Part shown: piece by piece, positions 12,033 through 24,320 of the stretch
How the letters are laid out: every line of letters begins with the position of its first letter
Numbering within the stretch: the stretch's first letter is position 1
Source: Hormiphora californensis
Taxonomy: Eukaryota > Animalia > Ctenophora
Reading direction: 5' to 3'
Assembly: GCA_020137815.1 (NCBI GenBank)
Contig: CM035361.1
Location: 5,580,001 to 5,644,000 of the forward strand
Length of the DNA stretch: 64,000 nt
Position numbers and translations under genes: made by a program
The notes under the pieces: model-generated
The model's input: only the letters and a program-made list of their open reading frames with translations
What the model was told of the DNA's origin: nothing
The model's database searches: none

Positions 12033-13717
12033 TGTCCGCTTCAAAATCAATACTATTGGCTTGATTGATATTGCAATGTGTTACAATCAAAACCCCCTCA
12101 AATCAATATAATGATTGAGAATTGGATTTATTGAACAACGTTAACTTTCTGTCCAGGTGAAGAAATGAAGAGTTGTTCCTTGTGTCTCGCTATATCTGTT
12201 CCTTAGTAAGACATGTGTCTATCTACAGGATTGAAGTGTCAACTGTCAATAATATTAACTATAATCATCGTGCCCACCAGCTCTGCAGATGTTCATCTCC
12301 CTCTCTTACATCTATATCACTCTCTCTTATATATCTCTTCTTTATCTCTCTCTCCTCCGGCACTCCTCCCTCCCACTATCTATCTCCGTTTTCTCAATAC
12401 CATTAAATGACCAGCTACTGCAGCTACCTGGAAGATCCAGCAATATAGCTCTAGAAAAAAATGTCTTACAGACTGCAGCTATAACTTTCAATGGCTAAAA
12501 ATTCCAAATATAAATGTGTATGACGGATCTGAATAGAAGGAAGCTTTTCTTGATGTTCAAACTTTAAGAAAACTAACAAAGCTGTCTTTTTGCAGATCGT
12601 CGTGTAGGCGTGTGTGGAGAATATAAGCCGTGCGTGACAGCTGTGATGTTGCGAGAAAGGAGAGACTATACTAGCCGTGCAGACTGCAGAGAGCCGTATG
12701 TGACAGCTGCATGCCCGTGATGTTTCGAGAGACTCTCTCGGAGAGAGGAAAACAACAACATAACAAAGTTGCAGTTGCAGTAGAATGTTCAATGGGCAAT
12801 TGCAATTGCCCTGCACAGGACAATGAGAGAACCGGAACATTAGCAGTCTCTCTTTCTATCTTTCCATCTCTCCCCTGAAAACCCTATCTTTCTTCCTTTT
12901 CCTTCTATCTTTCCATCTCTCCCCCAAAAACTTAGCAGTCTATCTTTTTTCCTTTTCTTTCTCTCTTTCCTGCACCTCTCCCCAAGAACATTGTTTATAA
13001 ATCGGTTCTGAAGGGAAAAACTTAATCGTCTGCCTCCGTTGTTTTCCTTTAGGTTAATGTCTTTCAAGAGGTAGCAAAGAAGAAAAAGAAAAGAAAAAAA
13101 AGAGAGTTTGAAATACAAAAAAAGTTGTGAAGAATCGGGAAAAGGGTAATTCTAGGGAAGTCCGGCCCTAAGGGGAAACTCTAACTCAAATTGGACGCGC
13201 ATTAATGGAACCTCAAATGTATCACAGCTAAGGTCCAAACCTGTTTCAAAACAAGTTTCAAAAAAGTTATGATGCACTTTAAAAACACCTTGTTGTTTGG
13301 GTTAAGACGTTTATGGAGAATAAAATTTAAATCTACGCTATGCTTTGTTTGATTTGATCGATTTTAATTTGAGAGAGGTCTCTCTGTCTTGATGCCCTGC
13401 CGTCAAACAATACGATAAAAGTGAGAGACATGTGTTAGACTATAGAGTAAGAGAAGGACGCTCTTTAATATGGGTTAATTTGTTATATTATATAACATGT
13501 ATATTATATTAAACGTTATGTTATTTAATAAATTTTATCCTCCGCCAACAACAAAAATAAAATGACGAAGTACTAAAATAATAAATGAATGCAGTCAGAC
13601 CCCTATGATTATACCGGCCCCCTATTAATACCGAAAACCTGGTTCTACAGGTATTGTGGAGCGCTAATATTTCGGAACTATAAATTCATGAGATGAATAA
13701 TTGGTTTGGCCAAAATT

Positions 13718-15200
13718 TCAAATCAGGGCACTAACTGTGTAGAATCATCGCATTAGTGGGGGTAGAGCACATATTTAGAGTCGCTATCTCTTGCCCCCTA
13801 ATTTAGATAATTGGATATTAGCCAATATCCTGTCCCTACGCAATGCTATAAATGAAACTTTGCTTTGGGTAAGGAGTTATGAGGCAATGGGGGCACTAAA
13901 ATGTGTAGAATCATCACATTAGTGGGGTTAGAGCACATTTTAGGTCTGCCTATCTGGACCCCCTAATTGAGATAATTGGATAATTAGCTAATTAGTTGCC
14001 TCAGCTCTAAAAGATTAATTTTGCGGAGTATACCAAGACAAATGGGGGCACTAAAATGTTGTAAAAATCGTCGCTTAGTTGGGGGCAAGCACATAGCTTA
14101 GTTTCTTATTCCCGCTCCTAATTTGAGATATTGGATAATTAGCTAATTGACGGTTGCATAATGCCCCCTTTTCATCACCATATACGTGGTGTTCTGGCAT
14201 CCTGAGCTCTTTTGTTCAATCTAAGGATCTTTTGGCATCCTTTACTACCCCATTTGTATCACCTTGACTCGTTTTAAACAATAATATAGCACTCTATACA
14301 CCCTAGACGCCGACTTCGGCTCTCTACAACCCCCTTGCTTCATCCGCTCCTAGCTAACCTTCATACACCATACTAAACGCCTCTACTGTCATCTTTATTT
14401 CCCGATGGGTGCACGAGAAGTTTCCTTGTGGCAAATGAGATTGTGAGAGTGGATGGAGAAATAATGTAGGGAGAATCAAACGTGTGTCCAATAATAAAAT
14501 GGGAAAGGTAGTACATTATGGGGTTGAACGTCTTGTAGGAGCAAATGGATATCCCAAAAAAATCGGTTAGGAAGGTGATGGATCTCGAATTAGGAGAGGT
14601 CTAGGATTAAGCACAGGGTTCTAAGAGCGGAAGGCGGTGTCTAGGTTGTATAGAGTGCTATATTAGTGTGTAAACGAGTCAAGTGATACAAATGGTGTAA
14701 AGGGATGCTAGAAGGGCCTTAGATTGAACAAAAGAGCTCAGATTAGCCAGAACCACGTTATATGGTGAAAGGGGGCATTATGCAACCGTCAATTAGCTAA
14801 TTATCCAATTATCTCATTAGGAGCGGAATAGAAACTCGATAGTGCTCTGCCTCTAAGGCGACGATTTTACACCATTAGTGCCCCCAGTCCGTCTTGATAC
14901 TCCGCCAAATTTATTTTTAGCGCTGGAGGGCAACAATTAGCTAATTATTCAATTTCTCAATTAGGGGTCCAGATAGAGACCTAAATATGTGCTCTAACCC
15001 CACTAATGTGTATTCAAACACTTTTAGTGCCCCCATTCGCCTCATAACTCCTTCCCAAAGTAAAGTTTCATTTATTGCATGCGTGTGACAGAAAATTGGC
15101 TAATTATCCATTATCTCAATTAGGGGGCAAGATAGCGACCTAATATGTGCTCTACCCCACTAATGCGATGATTCTACACAGTTTAGTGCCCTGATATTGA
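13718..15200. mobile_element. About 1.5-kb foldback structure; arms contain about 170-bp tandem units (indel-noisy)
   Basis: cagggcactaactgtgtagaatcatcgc... versus ...gcgatgattctacacagtttagtgccctg; arms about 13720-14340 and 14590-15195; no clear TSD. Confidence 0.65.
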
Positions 15201-15229
15201 CTCTTAGCTTCTTTTCTAGGCCCGGTTAT

Positions 15230-15788
15230 GGATATTTTGAGAATTTACCAATTGGGACGAATAGAGTCATCTATGATACAAAATGTGAATTTGGGGTATT
15301 TTTCTAGTAAAACCGTTCAGAATTGTAGAAATTATAGCTATAGACTGCCTCAAAGCATAAAATTTGACTATTGGACCCATCACTTTTGCACAAATGACAT
15401 TTGTTACTAGAATTCCTTACGGACGATAGAGTCATATATGATACAACGACTAAAACGTTATAACCTCATTCAATTTTCAATATTTTTTGATGCGGTTTTT
15501 TGCATCGATTTTTTTATGTCAGTAGTTTTATATCCCTTCAAAGGATTATTTGTGCCCCTCAAAAAACAAAATTTGAGAGGGGTTTTTTAAAAAAAGGCCT
15601 AAATTAGCCTCCCGAGAAGGGCCATAAAAAAATTTCTTTCGATTTTCCGAGCAGATTTGGACGTGGTTTTTGTGTTCAAATCCCTAAAACTAGCTTGTGA
15701 CAAAAAATTAGCCCACCTAGAACATCATAGCGCCTTCCAGACGGTCTAGAATGGACCGTGTCATATATGACCTATCGCCCTCAAAGGG
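15230..15788. mobile_element. Right-end fragment of a piggyBac-like element
   Basis: Ends gtcatatatgacctatcgccctcaaaggg|ttaa; internal gtcatatatga repeats. Confidence 0.6.
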
Positions 15789-15857
15789 TTAATAAATTTT
15801 ATCCTCCGCCAACAACAAAAATAAAATGACGAAGTACTAATATAATAAATGGTAAAT

Positions 15858-15957
15858 NNNNNNNNNNNNNNNNNNNNNNNNNNNNNNNNNNNNNNNNNNN
15901 NNNNNNNNNNNNNNNNNNNNNNNNNNNNNNNNNNNNNNNNNNNNNNNNNNNNNNNNN
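15858..15957. other. Assembly gap (100 N)
   Basis: Run of n. Confidence 1.
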
Positions 15958-16946
15958 ATTATCATGAAAAAAATCCATTTTTGATAAGAATGAGCATTGT
16001 CAATCATTCCAAAAAGAATTATTGCATTATGTGTTCATAATGCTGAGTTTCCCTGCCCTACCGTTTCACATGTCAGTGACATTGTCACTGCCAACAGGAT
16101 CAAGGCTTGGTCATAATGTAATGTGAGATGCATACGATCTAGCTGTCAGTATACTTCTCACATACTTAGAGTTAGCTAACTCCCAATCACATGACACTTG
16201 CTAACCAGCTTTGACATTCCAACTTATCTAACTCTCACACTCGACTCGCAAGATGAAAATGTAAAATGTGTAACACGCGAACGCGCGGCAGAGCATTTCC
16301 ATGTTTTGTTGAGTGCGCGCGCACAAGAATGCAGTCAGACCCCTATAATTATACCGGCCCCCTATTTATACTGGAAACCTGATTTAATGATTTATCGGGA
16401 GGTTGTGCAGGTATCGTGGAGCGCTAATATTTCGGAACAGTAAATTCATGAGATGTATAATTGGTTTGGCCAAAATCCATTTTTGATAAGAATGAGCGTT
16501 GTCAATCATTCCAAAAAAAAGTTTTTCGGTCCGGAATCCAAATGGGGAAACAGTTGTGCCTGATCGATCTCAGGTTAAGCTCACGGCGCGGCTATTAACC
16601 CATGAGACCGATCAGGTCTCCGCTGGGTCAGTGCAACGGCTATTCCCTCACATGCACCCTGAGATCTAGGGTGAGCCATTTCTCCCATCATACAAACACT
16701 TTCTCTTTTTCCCTTTCCCTCTCTCCTGCACCAACTTCTCTCCGCATATCTTTCCTCTAGGATATAATATCGTAAAAACATATTATCAATTAAAATGTCC
16801 CATCTGGTGTGTTGGTAAGGGGCAACTCAACTTTGTAACCCAACTGGTGCAGTGAACATATTGGAAACCTTGACTTTCTATCTTGTCGGGGGAAGTCTGC
16901 CACATTATAAAAGTAAAAGATAACATTTGTAGCTGCAGTTAAGCGA

Positions 16947-17362
16947 CTATAGACCCCGCTTGCTCAAATAGACGCCCGCCCCGCGCGAACAATTTGCACT
17001 GGTCTATTGCGCCGTGCACTGCCGTGAGTTTGTGTCTCGATAGACGCACGCCCTCGAACAGATTTGTATAAAGATCACAAAGAATCACTGGAAACACGAT
17101 AAAATGACTTGATAACACAAGAGAACTGACGCCAGCCAGTCTGTCGCTCATGACTACAATGATCATTGGTACCTCTCTCTACATTCCACCCTTTTAAATT
17201 GTTACAACGATTGTTTTGAGTGTGTAGGAATGTAGAGAGACAATCTGTAGCTTCATTTCCAATTGTTTGACCCTTTTTATGCGAGATCTCTCTGTCTTGT
17301 CTGTGTGAACCACCTAAATTGTGCTTTTTTTGCTTCTAGGTGCCCGCCAGCGGGGTCTATAG
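16947..17362. mobile_element. MITE-like element with 14-bp TIR
   Basis: ctatagaccccgct...agcggggtctatag. Confidence 0.5.
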
Positions 17363-17539
17363 AACATAACTCCCTCCCTTGTGTGCAGATATACCTGTAA
17401 ACCCCTCGCTAACGCTCGGGATTTACAGGGCTGTAATGCACGGTCCCTTCGGGACCCGTGCATTACAGCTCAATAGACGCACTGCTCTGCAGTGCGTCTA
17501 TTGATTATACGCCCGCGCAGGAGGGAGTTATGTACTATA
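17358..17539. mobile_element. Small TIR element enclosing three hairpins
   Basis: tatag.acataactccctcc / ggagggagttatgtactata; hairpins at 17395-17428, 17432-17466 and 17470-17504. Confidence 0.65.
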
Positions 17540-17756
17540 TATATCTACAACTTTATTGAATTGGGGGGGGGGATAAGTTCTCTCATATAACTATCATGTC
17601 ATATCGATATTAGTATGATTTGCTACTAATTTTTAGCCGGTAAATGCATTCTAAATTGGTGTGTGTGTGTGTGTGTGTGGGTGTGTAATTCATAGTCAAT
17701 CAAGAAACGATCCACATCCGCTCTTAGACCAGGATAATTGCAATCAACCCAGAAGG

Positions 17757-17823
<67 letters not shown>

Positions 17824-19365
17824 GAATGCACACTAATATTCCACGAGCCCAACGTCATTATGTTGCTCATTATTATTCCAGCAGCTTGAGCCCTGTGCAA
17901 CCCCGGCGGGGAACCACCATGTGTTTTACATCGACTTCATTTTATTAAAATCAGTAAAATACGAGAGTTGAGCTAAGTTAGTAAGTTGTTCAGTTGAAAA
18001 TTGATCGCCATTCATTCCCTAACTATTATAAGCGGAAAATAGCCGTACACTGAATCAGTTACTTTCAGTAAGTTGCCATCGATCTCCAGTTCAGTACGAC
18101 TATCTTCCGTTATTATACAGGGGGGATCAGTCGTGCCTGAATCTCAGATTCAGGTCACGGCTGAGGCATCAGGACTATTTTTCGACATTTCCTGAAAATT
18201 TCCCTGAAAACTGAGGGACGAACCATCACTGAGCCCTAAGGTTTCAGGGGGTAAATGTGAGATTCAGGTACGACTGCAATTCCCTATACTGTCAGTATTT
18301 TTTCATACACTGCTGCATAGTGCAGGATATGGTGTGGGGTAGTTGATGAAATTGGGTGCTATAATAGGGTAATCGAGAATATATAGGTTGTGAAGAAGAG
18401 TATGTATAAAGATAGAGAGATAGAGAGATAGAAAGATAGAGAGAAGTGATTGAAGTATAGTTATATATATTATAATTATATATATTATATGAAACACGTA
18501 CGCCATGTTCCTAAACACATACCTATTTTAATAGCTTCATTAATAAGATAATCAATAATAAACACTGTTCATCTTAATCATACTCACAGCCATAACACGG
18601 GTTTTTATCCATCTAACTCAATTTCGTTTCCACCTTATCTATTCCTCTATTCCCTTCTCACTCATCCTTGCATATATAATTATTGATAAAACAACAGCTA
18701 TAGGTTATTTTATCAGTATGTTTCAGTAAAGCATGCTTTACTGATACTGATAAAATAACCTAGCTGCTTATAGAAACTATATAACAATAGCTCTGCAGTA
18801 TCATGGCCCTATAATAATACTTCACGTCATGTTCATATCTTCTTCTCAAAGCAATATCATCATTGGAAGAGAGCCAGCAGCTTGCAGTTGACGCACTACA
18901 ACAATACGAACCTATTATAACAGTATAATAATAGCTTGCAGGATACATCATTGGTACGATGCACCTCAGGTCTCAGGGGGGTTAATAGAGCTGTGACTTG
19001 AATCTGAGAGGCTCCATCACGAATGTTTCCCACCCCATTACACCACTAAAATGCAGCAACTATATAACAGAACTCTGTTATCCCTTTAAGGGCGAGAAGG
19101 ATTGGCTCGATAGATTTTTCTGCAGAACTATATTGCACCATTTTGATGAAGTTGTAACTGAAAACTGAGTTTCAGGAGCTGTCCTCCATTGTCATTCTCC
19201 CCCTGTCATGATCAATATACAACCCATAATTCTCCCCATATCACCAACAAACCCCATATGATCACCACGCCAATATATATTAATATATTATCGAATCCTT
19301 AGATCATTTATCCTGATCTTAGCCTTTTAAACTTTTTATAAGCTGGTAGTTGATACGGTTTGACA

Positions 19366-19474
19366 CAGGAACCGACCGACACAAGTAAACAACCAATCAG
19401 AACTCGTTATTTAGGTCACGTGACTGGTTATCAGCCAATCAGGGACCAGTATTTCCTGATTCGGTCAGTTCCTG
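19366..19474. mobile_element. CAGGAACCGACCGA-family MITE inside a larger dispersed repeat (inverse copy at about 60186-60452)
   Basis: 14-bp TIR; both flanks are shared with the 60322 copy. Confidence 0.9.
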
Positions 19475-20481
19475 CTGCTAGGATCCCTCCAGGTGTTCAT
19501 TCGCCAACACCTCGAGCTTCATAAAAGATGCATTTGTGCAAGTGGGCGCTACTTTGAAAACGATTTGTTAATTTGTGAACACTTGAATTTTAACGTGTTC
19601 TGCTGCCAGGGGGTACTAAGTGAGCTAAATTTGGTCTTAGCATGGATTGTAAGTTTGTTGCGTATTGTACAACGTGTCGCACATTTTACCAAGCTCAATC
19701 TATTAATTATAATTGATAATCCTAAAATTCTGTGCATTATTCACAATTAGATTATACAGCGATCAGATTGTATAATATTGAACCATATTGCAGCTTCGTG
19801 TAGTAATAGTAGTAGCTGTATGACTTGAAGTTTATATACGTGAAATGAAAGATAGAAAAACACTATTCTAATCTTCAAATGCAGTATCCTCAAGATGCAG
19901 TGGCCTACAAGCTTACATGTACATACGCATTATATTTTTCAGCCATATCCTATAATATACGCATATTTTATTTTCCATATCATATCATCCGACACTGCAT
20001 CTTTCTAAATTAAGCGTGTCTCTAAAAACAGACCAAATTGACAATTTTCTTGCTGCATGATCAACGATTCCTCATTTCTATCTCTCTTTTTCTCTATCTG
20101 ATCTCTTTTCCTCTCTTTTTCTCTCTCTCTCTCTCTCTCTCTCTGATCTGTTCTCTTTTTCTCTCCATCTCTCTCTCTCCCTGATTTTTCAAACCTGATC
20201 AGTCAATTTTTGATATTGAATTATAATTTTACTCTAATGCACAAAGCTAATTTTACGCTTACACTTTGAAAGCCTTATTTTCGTCTGCGCTGTGCCGATA
20301 CACGATACTTATTATTTTATGTGCATATACTTTAACTAATGCATTATAGTCGAGTATGTTGAGATCTCTTATCGTATTCTAATGGGTCATCTGTGTGTAT
20401 TAATTATCGGCGTGACGACGCGGCCTGCTTTTTGTGTCCATCTCTATTCGTTAACTTTTTACATAAAATACAATATATATA

Positions 20482-21245
20482 CAGTCGGACCCCGATTTAG
20501 GGACCCCCGATTTAGGGACACCCCGATTTAGGGACAGGATTTTTTTCCCCCAAAAATTTTTTGAATTTTTTTTGTGAAATTTTTTGTGAAATTTTTTTGA
20601 AAAATTTTCAAAAAGATACCAGCCACGTCCGAATCGTGTTTCGAATCAGTGAATCTTATCGCATGTCCTGCTGCTAATTAGAAGTTTCGGAACGAACCGA
20701 TACGTGATCCCCATGGGGCCATTGAATCACAAGTTCACCAAGCGTCAAAATTTCGATTCGATGGGGATCACTTTTCGATTCGTTCCGAACCGTCTAATTA
20801 GCAGCAGGACATGTGATAAGATGTACCGATTCAAAACACGATTCGGACGTGGCTGGTATACGTTTAAAAAATTTTACAACTTTTTTGCAAAATTTTACAG
20901 TACGATTGTCAATGCTTTGATCGGTGCTCCCCATAAATTTTGAGAGAAAAAGTTATTTTGAAATTTTCATACTTCCTAACCCGGTTAGGGTGCCCCGATT
21001 CGGCATGGTATCACGTATCGGTTCGTTTTTTTTTTTCCTATTTCTAATCAGAAATGATCATGTCATCAATATATGAATATTGCATATATAACAGTTAGAG
21101 GTGTCTTTAGTCTTAATAATATAGCATGTTGGGCATAAAATAGGTTTTTATGGGTCAAATATGGCTCACCCCGATTTAGTGGACACCCCGATTTAGTGGA
21201 CAAGACCCTTTCCCCCGAGGGTGTCCCTAAATCGGGGTCCGACTG
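20482..21245. mobile_element. 764-bp pogo-type non-autonomous element (opposite orientation to 9229-10085)
   Basis: TIR cagtcggaccccgattta, TA TSD, internal homology to 9229-10085. Confidence 0.9.
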
Positions 21246-21700
21246 TATCAGGTACTTACACTTAGATATAATACTGCCGACAATTAAATATGCTATGCTC
21301 ACAAGTGTGTTGTTTTTCGCGACTTATATTGTGCTAAATCAATCCTATGACTGATGTTATATCAGAAGACATGTCTGTCTAGACAGCACTTATCATATGT
21401 AATTATGTACCCATTATTCACATGGTTGAGTTGTTTTTTAGGACGTATAGGCCAGCACATAAAATATTTTATGAAGGAGCACCTAGGTCTGAGTTGCTCC
21501 TTCATAAAGCAAGTTTGATTATGGCTAAAAAACCTTGAATCGAATTCCAATCTGAATTCGTATGTGATATTCATTCTATGTCTAGGATCGAATTCACATG
21601 ATTCGTGTTTTAGCAAGTACTTAGGAAATAATTAAGATGCCGCAATTATGTAATTTTGAAGATACAATGATCTCTTCTCTTCCATGGGATCATTTTCTTC

Positions 21701-21832
<132 letters not shown>

Positions 21833-22488
21833 TGATTTTGCTTTCTTACATCCCTGATCACTCCTTCATCCTTTTTTATTTTACTGATCTGTCTACCATT
21901 TCTTGTAATGGTGTAGACGGCCAATGCAAACATTAATCGAGGGTTTTGAAATGAAATACTATATAGCGTATTAACTTTTCTGCTCAATCAATCAAATAAA
22001 ACTCCCCTCGATGACGGGGTGCCGTTGTTTCCCTTGGTGACATAGACACCGTGCGCGACCAAGATTGAGCTCACATGCACTGTGTGCGGGGGTCGCACCA
22101 GGTGTCTATATGTCACCAACTGTTTCCCTACCACAAATGTAAAATTGATGTCAGTTAAAAATCATTTTAAGTCCCATGGGAACAGTATGCAGTAGATTTA
22201 CTGCACTATACTTCATGGTCGACAAATTATCTCAAATACTTAGTGGTCGACAAATACTTATAGTTCCGCCGTCAAGGCGGGGATTATTAGATCTACAAAT
22301 TACACTTCTAGATATCTCTATTAATCACATCTTTTATTATACAACTAAAATGCTTGGATATATGTGATAAATGCATATCAACAATCATGCCTCGCCAAAT
22401 TAAGCATCTCAATAATTCTGTATCTTGAAGATAAGCATGAGTGAGATCACGTGTATATTGTATGACTCTATGTGTCATACAGGTACTG

Positions 22489-22586
22489 CAGTTGGACCCC
22501 GATTTAGGGGCCCCGATTTAGTGGCACCCCGATTTAGTGGACAAGAGCCTTTCCCCCGAGGGTGTCCCTAAATCGGGGTCCGACTG
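22489..22586. mobile_element. Short pogo-type MITE
   Basis: cagttggaccccgattta...taaatcggggtccgactg|ta. Confidence 0.85.
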
Positions 22587-23173
22587 TATAATTATTATCC
22601 CTCCGGTTGATCAGTCATTGAACGCAATATAATCAATCAATTGATCATGCAGACTAGCTCCCCACTCTTCATCCATGAATTCTTCTTCTTCGTTGAGGCT
22701 GTCCCAACCCCGTCCATCCAATTATAATTTCCCTGTCCCCCTCATATTATAGTAGGTCCCCTGGTGATGTGTGCTTGCAGCAGCTCTCCTGTTATAGTGG
22801 CCCGCTGCTCCAGTCCTATCAATTTTCCAGATCACGTCTATAGCTACATTTTGGAAAATACTATACAATGTTTAAATGATATCATATCATCTGGTTTAAC
22901 TGATCAGAAAAACTTTAAACGTAACATCCTTTTTCAAGTCGCCCCACATTTTGCCCCTTGATTTTCTATCTTCCGAGCGGAAGCGGTACTGCAGTTTTAG
23001 AAAATTAGTAATATATCGGTAGTTATAACTTCTACGACCTGAGTTGTCATGCAAGATGCTGTCAATAATGTTCATGGCAGCAATGGGAAAATTACAAATC
23101 GGGTGGGAAGAGAAGAAAGCGGTAGAGAAGAGAGGAGAAAAGAGAGAGAGAGGAGGAGAGAGAGAGAGAGAGC

Positions 23174-23266
<93 letters not shown>

Positions 23267-23956
23267 CAGAGAGAGAGAGAGAGAGACGAGAGAGAGAGAG
23301 TAGAGAAGAGCGAATACGAGAAGCGAGGAGAGAGAGAGAGATATAAGAGAGGAGAGAGAGCTCGCTCTCCCTGCGGAGTAGCGAGAGAGAGTGCCATCCT
23401 CTCTCTCTCTATATATATTATCTATCTCTCGTATCTCTCTCGCTATGTCTATCTCGCTCTCGATATCGCTATATCGATCTATTCTTGATAGCTGATACGC
23501 CTAGATAGCACACTCATACACACTCACAACTAATCAGTCGTACCATTTAGAAGAGAGAGATAGAGAGATCTACGAAATAGAGAGATAGATAGATAGAACG
23601 AAATAGATAGAGAGATAGAGAGATAGAGAGATAGAACGAAATAGAGAGATAGAGAGATAGAGACAAAGAGAGATAGAGACTAGAGAGCGATAGATAGAGA
23701 GAGAGAAAACGAGGAAGAAGAGATAGAAATCATGAAGCACCAAACTGTGTTAGTTAGTTGGAGAGTGTAACTATAGCTGGGAGTGTAACTATAGCTGCTA
23801 TATATATGTACTATTTTATTTTCCTTGTTAACGATTTATTTAGAACGCATATATTGACTCAATATATTATTTAGACAAGTCTTGATATAATCACCCAACC
23901 AATTGAGCAGCGTTGTAAAATGTTGATGCAAAGCTCGCGTCGCAATGGAAATTTTG

Positions 23957-24065
23957 CAGGAACCGACCGAAACAAGTAAACAGCCAATCAGAAGTCGTTA
24001 TTTAGGTCACGTGACTGGTTATCAGTCAATCATGGACCAGTATTTCCTGATTCGGTCGGTTCCTG
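23957..24065. mobile_element. CAGGAACCGACCGA-family MITE
   Basis: Perfect 14-bp TIR; flanks aaattttg / atattttg. Confidence 0.9.
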
Positions 24066-24255
24066 ATATTTTGATACTTGCTCCTTCGTTCAGTCATTAT
24101 CCATATAATTGTCCAAGCTATGATCATAGCTATGATCATATTCATTAATTTGATGACCTTACATGGTATTTGAATATCACATCAATATGTCTAAATAATC
24201 TTATTGATTTTAATCATTTTCATTTCAATATTTCATAGCCCAGGTATATCTCACG

Positions 24256-24320
24256 ATGCACGCAGCACGATTGGCGAAGGAAATAGCACGGAGTAAAAAT
24301 GAAAAGGAAAAGAAGGAAAA
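24256..24320 (+). CDS. Alternative first coding exon A: MHAARLAKEIARSKNEKEKKE
   Basis: ATG, upstream tttcatag acceptor, gtaagt donor. Confidence 0.65.

Noticed and set aside
13718-15200. Noisy 1.5-kb palindrome as a novel element class
   Set aside because: No TSD, indel-rich and next to a gap; a foldback read chimera cannot be excluded
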